Source: Octopus sinensis (Eukaryota). From it: a DNA stretch of 64,000 bases. The notes beneath the pieces are model-generated. The model was not told where the DNA came from and did no database searches. It was given only the letters and a program-made list of their open reading frames with translations. The stretch spans positions 13,640,001 through 13,704,000 of the forward strand of contig NC_043017.1 of assembly GCF_006345805.1 (NCBI RefSeq). The letters run 5' to 3'. The translations under genes and the position numbers were made by a program. The stretch's first letter is position 1; each line of letters starts with the position of its first letter. This document shows positions 24,434-37,941 of this stretch, one piece after another.

Positions 24434-24607
24434 TTTAAATACTGTAACTGGGAGACCCAAGGGCCAGATGGTTATATTAATAATGTTGATAATGTGCAAA
24501 AAGAGCCCCCTGCTCAAAACACACAAGGACCAGATATGCTGCAACCAAAGGCCTTCACTCAAAGCACTCAAGGACCAGATGGTTATGTTAAAGGTTGGTT
24601 CAATTGA
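24434..24607 (+). pseudogene. Short stop-free frame with three TQGPD repeats (possible gene remnant)
   Basis: FKYCNWETQGPDGYINNVDNVQKEPPAQNTQGPDMLQPKAFTQSTQGPDGYVKGWFN*; repeat spacing 66 and 45 bp preserves frame. Confidence 0.3.
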
Positions 24608-24662
24608 CTACATCATCTTCCTTACAAAAATTTGTGGCCTGAGAGAAAATGCTTTATTAAAA

Positions 24663-25325
24663 ACTAGCAGTATCGCCCGGCGTTGCTCGGGTTTGTAAGG
24701 GAAATAACTATATAAGCATTTTTAGAGAGTTATAGCAAAAAAATGCATTAAAAATGGAATAAAAAATTATGGTAATTTTTTTTTTAAATCGTTGACTCAT
24801 CGTAGACATTTTTAGAGAGTTACTTCCCTTATATAATAGCGAAAAAATGTATTAAAATGGAAAAAATGATGGTAAATTTTTTTTAAATCGTAGACTCATG
24901 TAGACGCTTTCTTAGCCATTTCTGTTTTGGTGTCTTCAAGCCATGAAGTCGTTGTTCTAAAAGAACGCTGGTCTCCTTGACAACGCATTACGACGTTGAT
25001 TTCCTTACACTCCCTTCCCCACAGCTTCACGAGGTAGGGAAGAAGGGGGAGAAGCAACAGGTGCAGGTGTGAGCGTGGACGCCAACTCCGCCGCCATCGA
25101 CACACGAAAAAATATGCATTAAAATGGAATAAAAAATGATGTTAAATTATTTTTTAAATCGTAGACTCATCGTAGACGCGCGCTAATACCCAGACGGGCT
25201 CGATATGAATCACGACTATAAGATACCCGAATTTTGTTAAACTGCACCGCAAAATGTGGGAGTAGTTAGGAATCTAAATCGAAGGGGACAGACACTCACA
25301 CAACTACAGTTTTATATATATAGAT
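24663..25325 (+). mobile_element. Non-autonomous Helitron-like element with internal repeats and a GC-rich insert
   Basis: Starts actagcagtatcgcccggcgttgctcggg, ends ttttatatatatagat; three imperfect copies of aaatggaataaaaaa..aaatcgtagactcatcgtagac. Confidence 0.7.
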
Positions 25326-25969
25326 TATCTGCAGCAGTGAGATGTCCAATACAGTAGGATATAGGACCAAATGTTTTGTAGTATTTCAATTATTTTATCT
25401 ACATTCACAATTCAAATTGACTTTTCTTCATATTCCTGTCTGGATGGAGGGGGTCAATAGAATAAATAGCAAGCTTGTGTATCAGAGTCAATTCGATTAT
25501 CAATGTCTACTCTGCAGGTTTACATATTTTATAGTCATGTACTGACGTTAGAAACTATTGCTAAAGGCTGTCAGCTAACTCTGAGTTAGCTAATTTATGC
25601 AAATGCATAAATTAGCCTTGAAATTATGAATCCTCCCCCATTTAAAGTGCTTCTTAAATCCATTAATTCCTGTCTGGATAATATTTGAATAGGAATTAAT
25701 ACTATTCTCTAATCTCACTACAAGAAATGGATTAGAAAATTGATTTGCTGGTTAAGCAAAACGGATTCAAAAATGTTCAGATAAAATAAACAACTTCTAT
25801 ACAATATGTGTGTGGGGTGGGTGGGGAAATACAGTTGTTCAATATGAGAATATGAATATATTCATAAAAGAAATAGAGAAACGAAAAGAATATTCCACTC
25901 ATATTAAGCAACTGTATATCTACTTTTGCCCACCCCTGTATATAAATATATGAATTTATGATGTGTATG

Positions 25970-25972
25970 ATG

Positions 25973-26024
<52 letters not shown>

Positions 26025-26044
26025 ATATATGGGGAGAGAGAGGG

Positions 26045-26082
<38 letters not shown>

Positions 26083-26115
26083 AGTGTGTGTATGTGTGTA
26101 CACACCCACAAACAT
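25970..26115. repeat. (TA)n/(TG)n microsatellites
   Basis: Direct reading. Confidence 0.9.
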
Positions 26116-26924
26116 ACACACACATAATCAGCTTCAGTACAGTTTCCATCAACTAAATTCTACTCACAATGCATTGGTCAAACCAAGGCTATAGAAGAAG
26201 ACAATTACCAAAGATGCCACACAAAGAAGTCAAAACTGAAACTGCATGGCTGCAAAACAGATTTCTTAACTAAGTAGCTATGATTAAAAAGTTTAATCTT
26301 TGAAGTGCAGTGCCCCAGCATGGCCACAGTCCAAAGTCTGAACCAAGTAAAAGCATAATGTTGTCTGAGATAAACATCTAGAAAATGAAACAGGATGGTT
26401 ATGGCTGGAATGCAGTTGATCATCAGGTGTCATAGTTCAGTGCAATCAGGACTGTCTAAAATGTTCTCAAAATGACAAACACAAGCCCTAATTCCAGCCC
26501 TTCAACCCCACTCACCCCCAAAATTTTGAGAAATTTTAAGGATTTCTCTGCTCTGTGAGAACACACAAAACAGAACTTGCCTTCATTCAATTTTTCGTTG
26601 TTGGTGATATTGTTGAAGTATAAATTTATCTAACTGATATTAACCCATTTGCTATCACATTTCTATTGAAATAGACTGCCTTTTAGCAATAATAGAGAAT
26701 TTAATAAATTAATTGTCATTATTAAGCTGATGTGACTGTCCTCGGCAAGCTGACAGAATTGTTTGCACCCTGGGCAAGATGCTTAGTGCCATTTCGTCCA
26801 TCTCTATGTTCTGAGTTCAAATTCCACCGAGGTCGACTTTGTTTTCAAATATTCAGGGTCAATAAAATAAGAATCAGTTGAGCACTGGGGTTGATGTAAT
26901 CAACTTTCCCTTCCTTGAAGAATC

Positions 26925-27053
26925 TTTAGTCAAATGAATCAACCCCAGGACTTATTTTTTAAAGCCTGATACTTATTCTGTCGGTCTATTTTGCCAAACC
27001 ACCAAGTTACAGGGATATAAACACACCAACATTGGTTGTCAAGCAGAGGTGAG

Positions 27054-27102
<49 letters not shown>

Positions 27103-27238
27103 CAACAGGCTTCTTACAGTTTCTGTCTACCAAATCCCCTCACAAGGCTATACTAGAAGACACCTACCCAAAGTGTAACACAGTGGGACTGAACTCAGAA
27201 CCATGTGGGAAGCAAGCTTCTTTCCACACAGCCACTAC
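26925..27238 (-). mobile_element. Older family A SINE
   Basis: Diverged copy with many CpG to TpG/CpA changes. Confidence 0.75.
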
Positions 27239-27781
27239 TGTTTTTTTTTTATTCTGTCTAAACCCAAGCTTATTAAATCAGCTGGTGGTCAGCGCTGATA
27301 AAACTGATAAAGCCATTCCAGAGAATTGTTATTGATTTTCATAGGTTCTCTTATCTTAAAGTAAACAATCTCTCCTGGACAATCGATGAATATAGTCTCG
27401 TCACGCAGCTTTTTCTATTTGCTTTCTCCTGTACAGATATGTCCAACTGGTCATTAACTATTTCCAACAATTGTTTCAAATATTTGTGTTCAGTCAAACT
27501 GTTTTATCAGATAACGCTGATATCTCATCCATATCAATTGATGTCCATTGTTGTGGCTTTCATGCCAAGTCATCCTTAAAGGAATTAACAAATGAGAAAA
27601 AGTCGTATGGCAGCATTTCAAAATGAAAATAATGTAAAAGATAAAAAAGACATCTTAACAGGCAAAACTATACAAATCCTTGTCATATAGATTAGCTATG
27701 CTAGGAAACGGTATGGAAATTGCTCATATGTGATGGTGTTGCTCAGTTTAACACCATCATCTGGTTCTGGGATGTCTTTAA

Positions 27782-28168
27782 CCTTTTAGTGTTTAAACCA
27801 ACCATATACAGACCAAATATTCTACTTGTTATACATTCAAACTAACCAGATCTGGTATCTCATACTTACCTTACAATGTCATTCTAAAGATAAGCAATCA
27901 CATCATCAAAATCTTTAAGCTACAAGATAATGCAGGATTAACTCCAAACTCCAGCATTCATAAATCGCTATCAGAAATTCAAGGAAGAATCGTATCCTAA
28001 AGTCATTTATCTTGATGGCACTAATCGTATTTTCCCTTCCTTTAAACTTCCCAGGGCTTCTCGCCTGGGTAAACGAAGGTACGTAGTTAAAAGAAAATAC
28101 ACGAATTGTTTCTCAGTAGTATTGCTTATACAAATTACATTTGACAGAATTATCTGAATGCTAAAGGG
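27782..28168. mobile_element. piggyBac-like MITE (second family) carrying a ~170-bp insertion
   Basis: Collinear with 39113-39332 except for extra sequence at about 27950-28120; ends aaagggTTAA. Confidence 0.65.
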
Positions 28169-28794
28169 TTAAGACAGACCATTCTATTGCATGCATTCAC
28201 ATCAGGCCTTCAGTCTGGACAGAAGTATCAAGAAAATATAAAGGCCCTAAATAGACATTAAAAAGAAAAAAATTATAAAATGAACAACTACAAATGAACG
28301 CCTGGATTCTTCTTATAGCCAGTCTTTATCCCAACAACAAAGTCTGTGGTAAAGATTTCAGACTGTAAATTCAAATCTTTTGAGCACTACTAAGTGTTTT
28401 CTATAACAAGCATCTCTGGATCTCATCTGTTGACAGTCCATGTGTGTGTGTGTGTATGTGTGTGTGAACTGTCTCATCAAAGACGACACGTGAGTGTTCA
28501 ACTTCAGCCTGCACAACAACCTGCACACATGATTTTGCTTATAGTGATCGAATGTATGAGCTGTACATTAGCTCACTCCCTCAATCAAATCAATGTTGCC
28601 TGAACAGGTGCACAAGTGTACCACACATCAAGAGTTGAAGTGATCGCAGAGAAATGTAAGATGAAGTGTTTTGCCCAAGAATACAGTGCACCACCCAGTC
28701 TAGGAATTGAAACCATGATCTCACAATTGTGAATGCAACACCCTACCCACCAGGCCATGCATCCTCATATATTATATATGCGTGTGTGTATGTG

Positions 28795-29088
28795 TGGAGG
28801 TGTAATGGCCCAGTGGTTAGGGCAGTGGACTCACAATTGTAGGATTGCGGTTTCGATTGAGTGTTTATCGAGTGAAAGCACCTAAAGCTCCACAAGGTTC
28901 CGGCAGGGTGTGGTGACGATCCCTGCTGTACTCTTTCACCACAACTTTCTCTCACTCTTTCTTCTGTTGGCCTGCTTGCTTAGCCAGCGGGGTGGCATCA
29001 TTTGAAGGCTAAAACAATGTGAAGCGCATTGTGACCAGTGATGAGTAGCAACATCTGATAGCCTGATCGGTCATGGTGATCACGGTGA
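28795..29088 (+). mobile_element. Family C SINE with tail type 2
   Basis: Family C head and centre followed by gccagcggggtggcatcatttgaaggctaaaacaatg..; same tail at 42010-42290. Confidence 0.8.
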
Positions 29089-29325
29089 AAATTTATAATT
29101 TTAAATTATTTAAATAATTTTTTATTTTTAACTTTTATATTTTTTAATTAATTTTATGTATTGACTTATGTTTTTCACTGTTTGATTTGCCTAATAGTGG
29201 TTTTATCTCTAATTTAAGATAATATAATATAATATATTTATACTATAAAATTGGATTTAATCCTAAATCTAATTTTTCCCTGTAAGTTTGGATTTATTCC
29301 CTAATATTATTATTATATATATATA
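29089..29325. mobile_element. AT-rich repeat related to the 42.9-kb foldback (putative Penelope-like fragment)
   Basis: Shares aatagtggttttatctctaat and ttttccctgtaagtttggatttattccctaatatt with 42870-43183 and 56565-56640. Confidence 0.55.
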
Positions 29326-31972
29326 ATACACACACACACTTCTATTAAATAAGGAACCATGACCACAAAAAAGACTCACAATAAAGCAGACAGAAAACTA
29401 AATAAAAACAAAAAAGAAATATAAGGATCAGAAAAAGTGGTGGCAACTAAGTGGAGACTGGGAGTCAGTCCATATCAATAATGATTGGTGTATCATTGGA
29501 TGGGATAAAAATAGAACATGAACAATAACACAAAAAAAACAACACAAAAAACAACACAAACAGTATATCGGCATTTGTAATATCACACACAATACAGGGG
29601 GGGAAGAAAAAAAAAATAAAGACATACTCCAAGGGTAAAACAGATTCTATGAAATGAATATACAACATTGCAATACAATAAAACAGTCAGGACAATAACA
29701 TAGCTTATTTGATATGATGGGAAATAAATAAATAAATAAATCAGCAGTGAATATAGATCCATAAAAAGTAAACAAAAACAAAGGGGGGAAAAATAACAAA
29801 AGAGATTAACAGAAAACTGGACTGTCAGCAAATGAGAATCATAGAAGTTGTAGATGGACGGTTTATGATGAATAGTTTTCACCATGAAACCATGGAAATT
29901 TATCCTCATTATTATTATTAATATTATTATTGTTGTTGTTGTTGTTATCATCATAATCATCAAGGTTAGGGTTGGGAGCTGACAGAGTTGTTAGCATGCT
30001 CGACAAAAGGCTCACTAGCATTTAGTCCCATCTTTACGTTCTGAGTTCAAACCCTGACGAGTTCGACTTTGCCTTTCATCCTTCCAGGGTCGATAAAATA
30101 AGTAGCAGTTGAACACAGGGGGTCATTGTAATCGACTAGTCCCCTCCCCACAAATTTCAGGCCTTGTGCCTTTTGTAGAAAGGACTAAAGGCTGTGAGCT
30201 GGCAGAATCATTAGCATGCTAGACAAAATACTTAGCAGTATTTCGCCCATCGCTACGTTCTGAGTTCAAATTCTCCCATGGTCAACTTTGCTTTTTATCC
30301 TTTCGGGGTTGAGGTATTGAGTACTAGTGAAACACTGGGGTCAATATAATTGATTAGTCCCCTCCCACCAAATTTCAGGCCTTGTGCCTTCAATAATCAA
30401 TAACATGTTGGGAAAAATGCCTAACAGCAATTTTTTTTTTCAGTTCTTCATGTTCTGAAATCAAATTCCACCAAGGCTGACTTTACTTTCATCCTTTGAG
30501 GATCGATAAATTAAGTACCTGGGGTCAATATATATTCCAAGTTCAAATTATGCTAAGATCAGCTTCACGTTTCATCCTTCCAGGGTCGATGAAATAAAGT
30601 AACAGTCAATAATAAAAAAGAAATTCAGGGAAATATAAAGCATACTTTTAATCCTTCTGAAATTTCTTAGATTATTTTCTATCTTATATTTGATAAGGGG
30701 AAGCTTTCCCAAAATATAATAGAAGCATTAAATAAACTTTGTAGGGTGATACATTGTAGGTAACATTTTCTCATGGGCAGACATGTTTTTCATGGAAGAC
30801 TGGAAACCAACAACACCGCTTGTATGATGGTGATGCTTGTTTACAATTACATGATGCCTGGGCAAGGGTACACACAAACATATATGTGTATGTATGTACA
30901 TGACTTTTCAGTTTCTGTCTACCAAATCCACTTACAAGTTTTTGGTTGGCCCAAGGCTATAGCAGAAGACATTTACTCACAGTCAGACCAAACCCAAAAC
31001 CATATGAATTGGAAGCAAGCTTCTTAACCAGACAGCCCTGCCTGCAACTAGTCTAGACAAGAAAATAAATCCAGCAGAATGGTTAGAACTTGTAAACTTT
31101 TTGATCAGTAGATCTGCTTGATTAGGACTGACTTGGGATAAACAGCAATAAAAAAAAAAAACAGAGTAGTCAGATACACAGACATACAAATATTTTGTAA
31201 AACTTGGAAAAGATCATTAACAACCCATCTCAAATATACCCAATTGCTAAAATAGCCAAAGCAAGGAAGAAAAATCCTAAATTCCTAAAAATTGAGTGAA
31301 AGAAAGAATTCCAGAAATCTTACACCTATTACATGGCTTTCCGATTCTCTATGAGAGAAGGAAAACAAAATTTCTTGTTCACCATAACTCTTTTACCTAA
31401 CTCTTGCCCCATTAAACATAGTTCCAAACTTTAGATGAATGCTTCTCAAATTCCACCACCCACACTGCCAGTGCCGCTACCCCTTCTGCATAGCCACCAA
31501 CACCATTTTTAAAGCTACAGTAACAACCCACTTTCTCTTGCTCCACTGACCACAAGCCAACTAAGCAATATCTATATTGTTGCTCAACCAGCTAGCAGCC
31601 AAACCTCTTTCAGATCATACCCCTGCTATCTTGAATAAGGAGAGAGTACATTAGATTAGTGGTACTCAACCTTTTGTAGTTCAGTGATTCTTTCCAACTA
31701 AAAAGCTTTTTATAAACACACCTCATCTAATGTTTTGCCAAATAAATAAATTCTTTCTAATTTTGGCACAAATAAATATATCTATTATAATAAAAGCGAA
31801 ATTCTGTCTGTCTGGGACCCCTGTATCTCAGTCTATATATGTTCTACCTAGTCATATTATACCTTTTTGGACTCAGGATGATCTCGAGATTGAAAATCTG
31901 TCCTCCATTTGGTTCTTGAACATCCAGCATTGGGATCTGATTTAAAAACACTGGGGTTGCTATTTTTAGCAG

Positions 31973-32075
31973 TTAATGCTTGGCCAATTCATGCCATCTT
32001 GGTTGGCGTTTGTCAGATGATGCCAGAGATCAAGGGGGAGATAAAGGACATTCGCTTCATTAATTTTATGTCAAG
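31973..32075 (+). CDS. Candidate internal exon of an unidentified gene
   Basis: Acceptor tatttttagcag, donor AAG|GTAAGA; single open frame NAWPIHAILVGVCQMMPEIKGEIKDIRFINFMS. Confidence 0.3.
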
Positions 32076-34129
32076 GTAAGAACTTTGGGACAAACTGGCC
32101 AACAGTTGGAATTCAAATTGGGGCAAGAACAAGAGTATGATTGCATTACAGAATTAATTCTCGTCTGTCCTTAGCTTCTGATCAAACACCATAGGCTCAA
32201 TTAGCCCTCTACAGGAGCTAGCTAAAAACTCTGTACAGAGTGCCGCTTTTAAGCTAATAAATAAATAAAAACAAAAATAGAAACAGAATTGATATCTAAA
32301 AACGAAGGTACCACATAAAAAGCATTAGTGTGAGTGCTGGTGCCACGTAAAAAGCACTGGTGATGGTGCCATGTAAAAAGCACCCAGTACACTCTGTAGA
32401 GTGGTTAGCATTGAGAAGGGCGTCCAGCTGTAGAGACCAAACCAAAACAAACTATGGAACCTGGTACTACAGCCCTTAGCCTCACCAGTTTCTGTCAAGC
32501 CATCCAATTCATGTCAGCATGGAAAACAACTGTTAAATGTTGATGATGATGACAACGAATCAACTGTAATCAAACATCAAACCTAATTTTGCACAGTGGT
32601 TTATCATCTAGGATTTTTTATACTATTTCATCTAACATTGCCCTCCTTTTTCTTTTTATAGGTATTTGAGTGGTCTAGCATTTTCTATGTTAAATTTCTA
32701 TAGAAATTATTAAACAACACAAAGACTTACAAAATTATATTGGATCTGGCCACATCATCAACCATGTTTCTGTTGACTGCTGATAACACAAAACCCTACT
32801 CAAATTTTAATCCCAGCAAAAAATTGTTTTCGAAATTGTGTTTAAAATCTAAATATTGAATCTTGTTTAAACACCTGGATCTCCCATTTGTACTTCCTCC
32901 ACTTTGCTGTTTCCTTGTGAGTATGCTCCCCCACCTGCTCAAAATTCCTAAGGTAGAACAAGACTGTTTAGGGGCCCTAAAGGGAAGTGAAAGGGTGTTA
33001 TCTTTTCAAAATTGAAGGGGATTGTGGATTTGTTTGGGTTCTTTTTAGAGAGAGAGAGAGAGAGAAAAAAAGTGCCCCAGATATTCATGGAACCCTTCTT
33101 TGGCATTTTGGTTCTCAGACTGTGTATAGACTGAACTTTCATCTTCTAGGATCTGCTTGTGAGCTTCAACACACTCAAGGGGTGCTACCATCTTAAAAAA
33201 AAAACAGGGTAGGTGTAGCAGGAATGTCTCCAATTGAAAGCAATTTAACCAGAAATATCAGTTACAATGACCTCTAATTCAAAATTTTTATCTATCCAAA
33301 GTTTATTTGCTCATTTTTACATCTGTCTTTCCATGCTATTGTAGGTTATAGAAGTATTGTTTTACAGCTGGATGCCTGCCCTGATGCTAACCCTTACCTG
33401 TTTTTCAAGTAAGAGATCTCTTATTTTACTTGGTTTCAAAGGCATGAAATGAGCAATTTATTGATAAATGGATGTTGTGACTTTTGAATAAGCAGGTGCT
33501 AGATGTAAACAAGACACACACATCAGATGTACACACACACACACAAACACACACACGTGTGCAAAACGATTCTGGCATCTTGCAGAAAAATAACAGAAGT
33601 TCGTTGCTCACACTGACCCTAGTATTTGACTGGTATGCTATTTTGTTGACCCCTGAAAGATGAAAAGCAAAGCTGACCTCAGTGAACACAGAATATAAAG
33701 AGCCAGAACAAATATCACAAAGCATTTTTCCCAAAGCTCTAGAGATTCTACTAAGCTGGCAGAATTGTTAGCAAAATGCTTAGTGACACTTAGTGACCTT
33801 TGCCTTTCATCCTTTCAAGGTTAATTAAATAAGTACCAGTTCGACACTGGGGATCAATGTATTCAACTGACCCCAACTTCCCCTAAATTACTGGCCTTGT
33901 GCCAAAATTTTAAACCAAAAATAATAATAATAAAATAATAATGCTTTCAAACTTTGGCACAAGAATATGGCTACCATTATTGGAACAAGTACATTCTTTA
34001 TCAACTTCAGACAGATTAAATGCAAACTAGTCCTTGGCAAGATTTAAACTCAGATCATAAAAAGATATAGTTAAATACCAAAAGGTATTTTGTCCACCAC
34101 TTTACTGATTTTAGCAATCTACTGCCCTT

Positions 34130-34425
34130 TTAATGATGGTGGAGGTAATGATGATGATGGTGGTAGTAGTGGTGGTGGTGGTGGTGGTAGTGGTGGTAGT
34201 TGTGGTGATGGTTGTCATGGTGATAGTGATGATGGTGGTGATGATGATGATGATGATGATGATGATGACTGACGTAAAAATGGTTTAAATGTGGTATATA
34301 TGTAGCAAAGCAGTGGAGTTGGAGATGTAACAGATGATACAATAGAACACTTCAAAGCAGTAGAAGGTACTGACAATGATGCTGCTGCTGATGATGATGA
34401 TGATGACAGCGGCAATGATGGCGAT
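34130..34425. repeat. (GAT)n/(GGT)n trinucleotide low-complexity region
   Basis: Direct reading. Confidence 0.85.
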
Positions 34426-35566
34426 GGTTTTTGTTGATATTAACAAAGAAGAGATAAATAATAACCACAGTGTTTCAGATTACCCAGACTTAACAAAAAC
34501 GGGAAAAAAAGTATTTTTAAAATTAAAAATCTGACGAGATAGAAAAGATATAGCAAGGTTGGCAGTAATAATGTACAATACACTACAAACAGATGGTGAA
34601 ATTGTCTACTAGAAACAGTACCTAAAGCCCCTAAAGGCACAGAAATATAGGACATACCTACATACACACTAACATCCTGATAAAGACATACTGCATAGAT
34701 ATCATTAACCCTAAAAGCATTCTAAATTTTTAAGATGTCAGCCAAATGAATGTGGCTAGATTGCTGAGGCCAATGTGGACACATAATGAAGTCTGTCACT
34801 CCAAGCAGTCTCCAGACAACAGGAATATATGACAAGCACCTATACATAAGGATTGGTAGATAAAGGCAAACTGCAGTTATATCACTGTTAACCGAGAACA
34901 CAAACACTCCAGCGATGGAAACTGAAGAGAATGCAGAGAGGTGACATTTCCTTACTTCTCACCAATTGTCTTAACCCTTTCATTACCAACCTGGCTGAAA
35001 CCGGTCTGGCTCTGTAATACAAACGTCTTGTTTTCATAAGTTTTGATTTAAAATCTTCCACCAAACCTTAGTCACACTTTATGTTCCTAACACTAGCTTA
35101 ATGATAACTAAGTTATTTTACTAAATTCTTTGTTATATTTAAAGTTACTGAAAGAAACACAGAGCATCTCAAAATAAATACAGTAGTGTTGGTTATACAA
35201 AAAAGACAGAATGGTCAGAACTGGAAAGTCTTTCTGCCATTGGTCTTGCTCAGGGAAGGCTAACTGTTGTATTAAATAAACAATGTCTGTAAATCTTGTA
35301 AACAAATAACCAACAAATGTTTCACCCAAAGCTATGTTAATGCCAGCAGGTTATGAAGACAATTCTTTAGCAGCTGGAGAAAATCATCCAACATCACTAA
35401 TTAGAAATAATTAGCATATCTGATGGCATATAAGACCCATTCTTTTCTCCAAAAAGATATGGTTCCAAAATAGCTCTGGGTCTTATATGTAAAGACAAAA
35501 TGTCTACAAGAATAATGTTTATCCAGGTGCCTTGGACTGGCAGTACTTCTACCTAGCTGTAACTCT

Positions 35567-35957
35567 CTCTTTACTCTTTTACTTGTTTCAGTCATTTGAC
35601 TGCGGCCATGCTGGAGCACCACCTTTAGTCGAGCAATCGACCCCGGGACTTATTCTTTGTAAGCCCAGTACTTATTCTATCGGTCTCTTGTGCCGAACCA
35701 CTAAGTGATGGGGACGTAAACACACCAGCATCGATTGTCAAGCAATGCTAGGGGGACAAACACAGACACACACATATATATATATACACATATATGACAG
35801 GCTTCTTTCAGTTTCCGTCTACCAAATCCACTCACAAGGCATTGGTCGGCCCGGGGCTATAGCAGAAGACACTTGCCCAAGATTCCACGCAGTGGGACTG
35901 AACCCGGAACCATGTGGTTGGTTAGCAAGCTACTTACCACACAGCCACTCCTGCGCC
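35567..35957 (-). mobile_element. Full-length family A SINE
   Basis: Near-identical to 8888-9322. Confidence 0.92.
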
Positions 35958-36508
35958 TATGTTATTTTATTATCAGAATTATTAGAAAAGCAGCATTTTG
36001 TCCATCTTTACATTCTAAGTTCAACTTCCACCAGGGTTGACTTTGCTTTTCATCCTTTTGATGTTGACAAAATAAAGTACCAATTGAGCACGGGGGGGGG
36101 GGGGGTTCGATGTAATTGACTTATCCCCCCTCCCCTGAAATTGCTGACCATGTGCCAAAATTTGAAACCATTATCATTAATTAATACGGTGGTAAGCGAG
36201 CAGAATGGTTGGGAAGCAAACTTCTTATTTACATGTCGTCTCCTTTGTAAGGCTTAGTGTCTTAAGATTGGCCTTCAGTACTTTGTCTCATGTCTTCCTG
36301 AGTCTAATATATTCATATAAATATATTCATAAAAAATAACATTTTGAAAATGGTGAATACCATTTTCATTTTAATAAAATACATTTTCATAAAATTTCAT
36401 TTGAAGATACTTTATCTTGCAAAAACCCCAGAATAATTTTTATGGAACCTTACATTTCCTCAAAATCCACTTTGGTTGCCACCACTGCTATATCCCTGTA
36501 TGCTCCTA

Positions 36509-36723
36509 CAAGGGGGTGCTGGAAAGTTCCTAGCTTTAAGGGTATTGCAAAAGGACTGGTTGGTGGCCCAACCTTCTGAGTTCTTTTGCAGGGTTTAGAA
36601 AAACTGAAGGACTAATGCAACAAGTGTGTGAATCTGAGAGGCAAATATGTTGAATAAAATCATAATTGACTGATCCTCCTGTATTTTCTTTTACCCAAAA
36701 CCAGGAACTTTTCAGCACCCCCA
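36509..36723 (+). mobile_element. mariner-derived non-autonomous element
   Basis: Imperfect TIRs gggggtgctggaaagttcct / aggaacttttcagcaccccc, TA flanks, internal GLEKLKD*CNKCVNLRGKYVE*. Confidence 0.75.
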
Positions 36724-37279
36724 TACTTCACATTCTTTCAGCAAACTTCATCCTTAAACAACTTCAACATCTGCCATACTTTAACTTTCACATTTCAAAA
36801 ATATCTTTCAATAGCTTTCATATTAAACAGCACCTCCCTCACACAGATATTACATATATATCGAGATAATGCACAAACAATATTACATTCAGCATACTCA
36901 TGAAGAATCCACAGCTAAAAGTATCATGCCATGAAAGCTAGGTTTTATAATCTTTGGTAAAGTTTACCAAGAAAATTACGCATTCTTCACATGGCATCAT
37001 TGCAGAGACTGCTTCATAGTGTCTGGGTTTCCTCTTCACAGACAAATGATATCGCAATACTGAAATGTAGCAGGTCCTTAACAAAACAGAAATTCATATA
37101 TGAATATTTCTTATAAGTCTGGGATTGGCAATTACAGGCACACACACACACACACACACACACAAACCAATACACAACCAAACATACATACGCACATATA
37201 TATACATGCATGCACATACACACACACATGTATACACAGATAAACATACACAACAAATAAATAAATAAATATATAAATA

Positions 37280-37898
37280 TATATATACATATACACACAT
37301 ATATATATACACACACATATATAAATATACATACACATATATAAATATACATACACATATATAAATATACATACACATATATATACATACATATATATAA
37401 TATACATACACATATATAAATATACATACATATATAAATATACATACACATATATATACATACATATATATAAATATACATACACATATATAAATATACA
37501 TACACATATATAAATATACATACACATATATAAATATACATACACGTATATAAATATACATACATGTATATAAATATACATACATATATATAAATATACA
37601 TACATATATATAAATATACATACATATATATAAATATACATACATATATATACATATACATACATATATATACATATACACACATATATATACATATACA
37701 CACATATATATACATATACACACATATATATACATATACACACATATATATACATATACACACATATATATACATATACACACATATATATACATATACA
37801 CACATATATATACATATACACACATATATATACATATACACACATATATATACATATACACACATATGTATACATATACACACGTATATATAAATATA

Positions 37899-37940
<42 letters not shown>
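37280..37940. repeat. AT-rich minisatellite (20-bp and 18-bp units) ending in (TA)n
   Basis: Units tacatacacatatataaata and cacatatatatacatata. Confidence 0.92.

Positions 37941-37941
<1 letters not shown>

Noticed and set aside
36980-37059. Minus-strand candidate exon [23 protein letters not shown], faintly like the pre-M1 region of nicotinic or chemotactile receptors
   Set aside because: No hydrophobic M1 follows, and no other receptor exons were found; likely chance.
37014-37904. ORFs of 249-296 aa rich in Y/I/C/V/M
   Set aside because: Translations of an AT-rich minisatellite that lacks stops; open in several frames.
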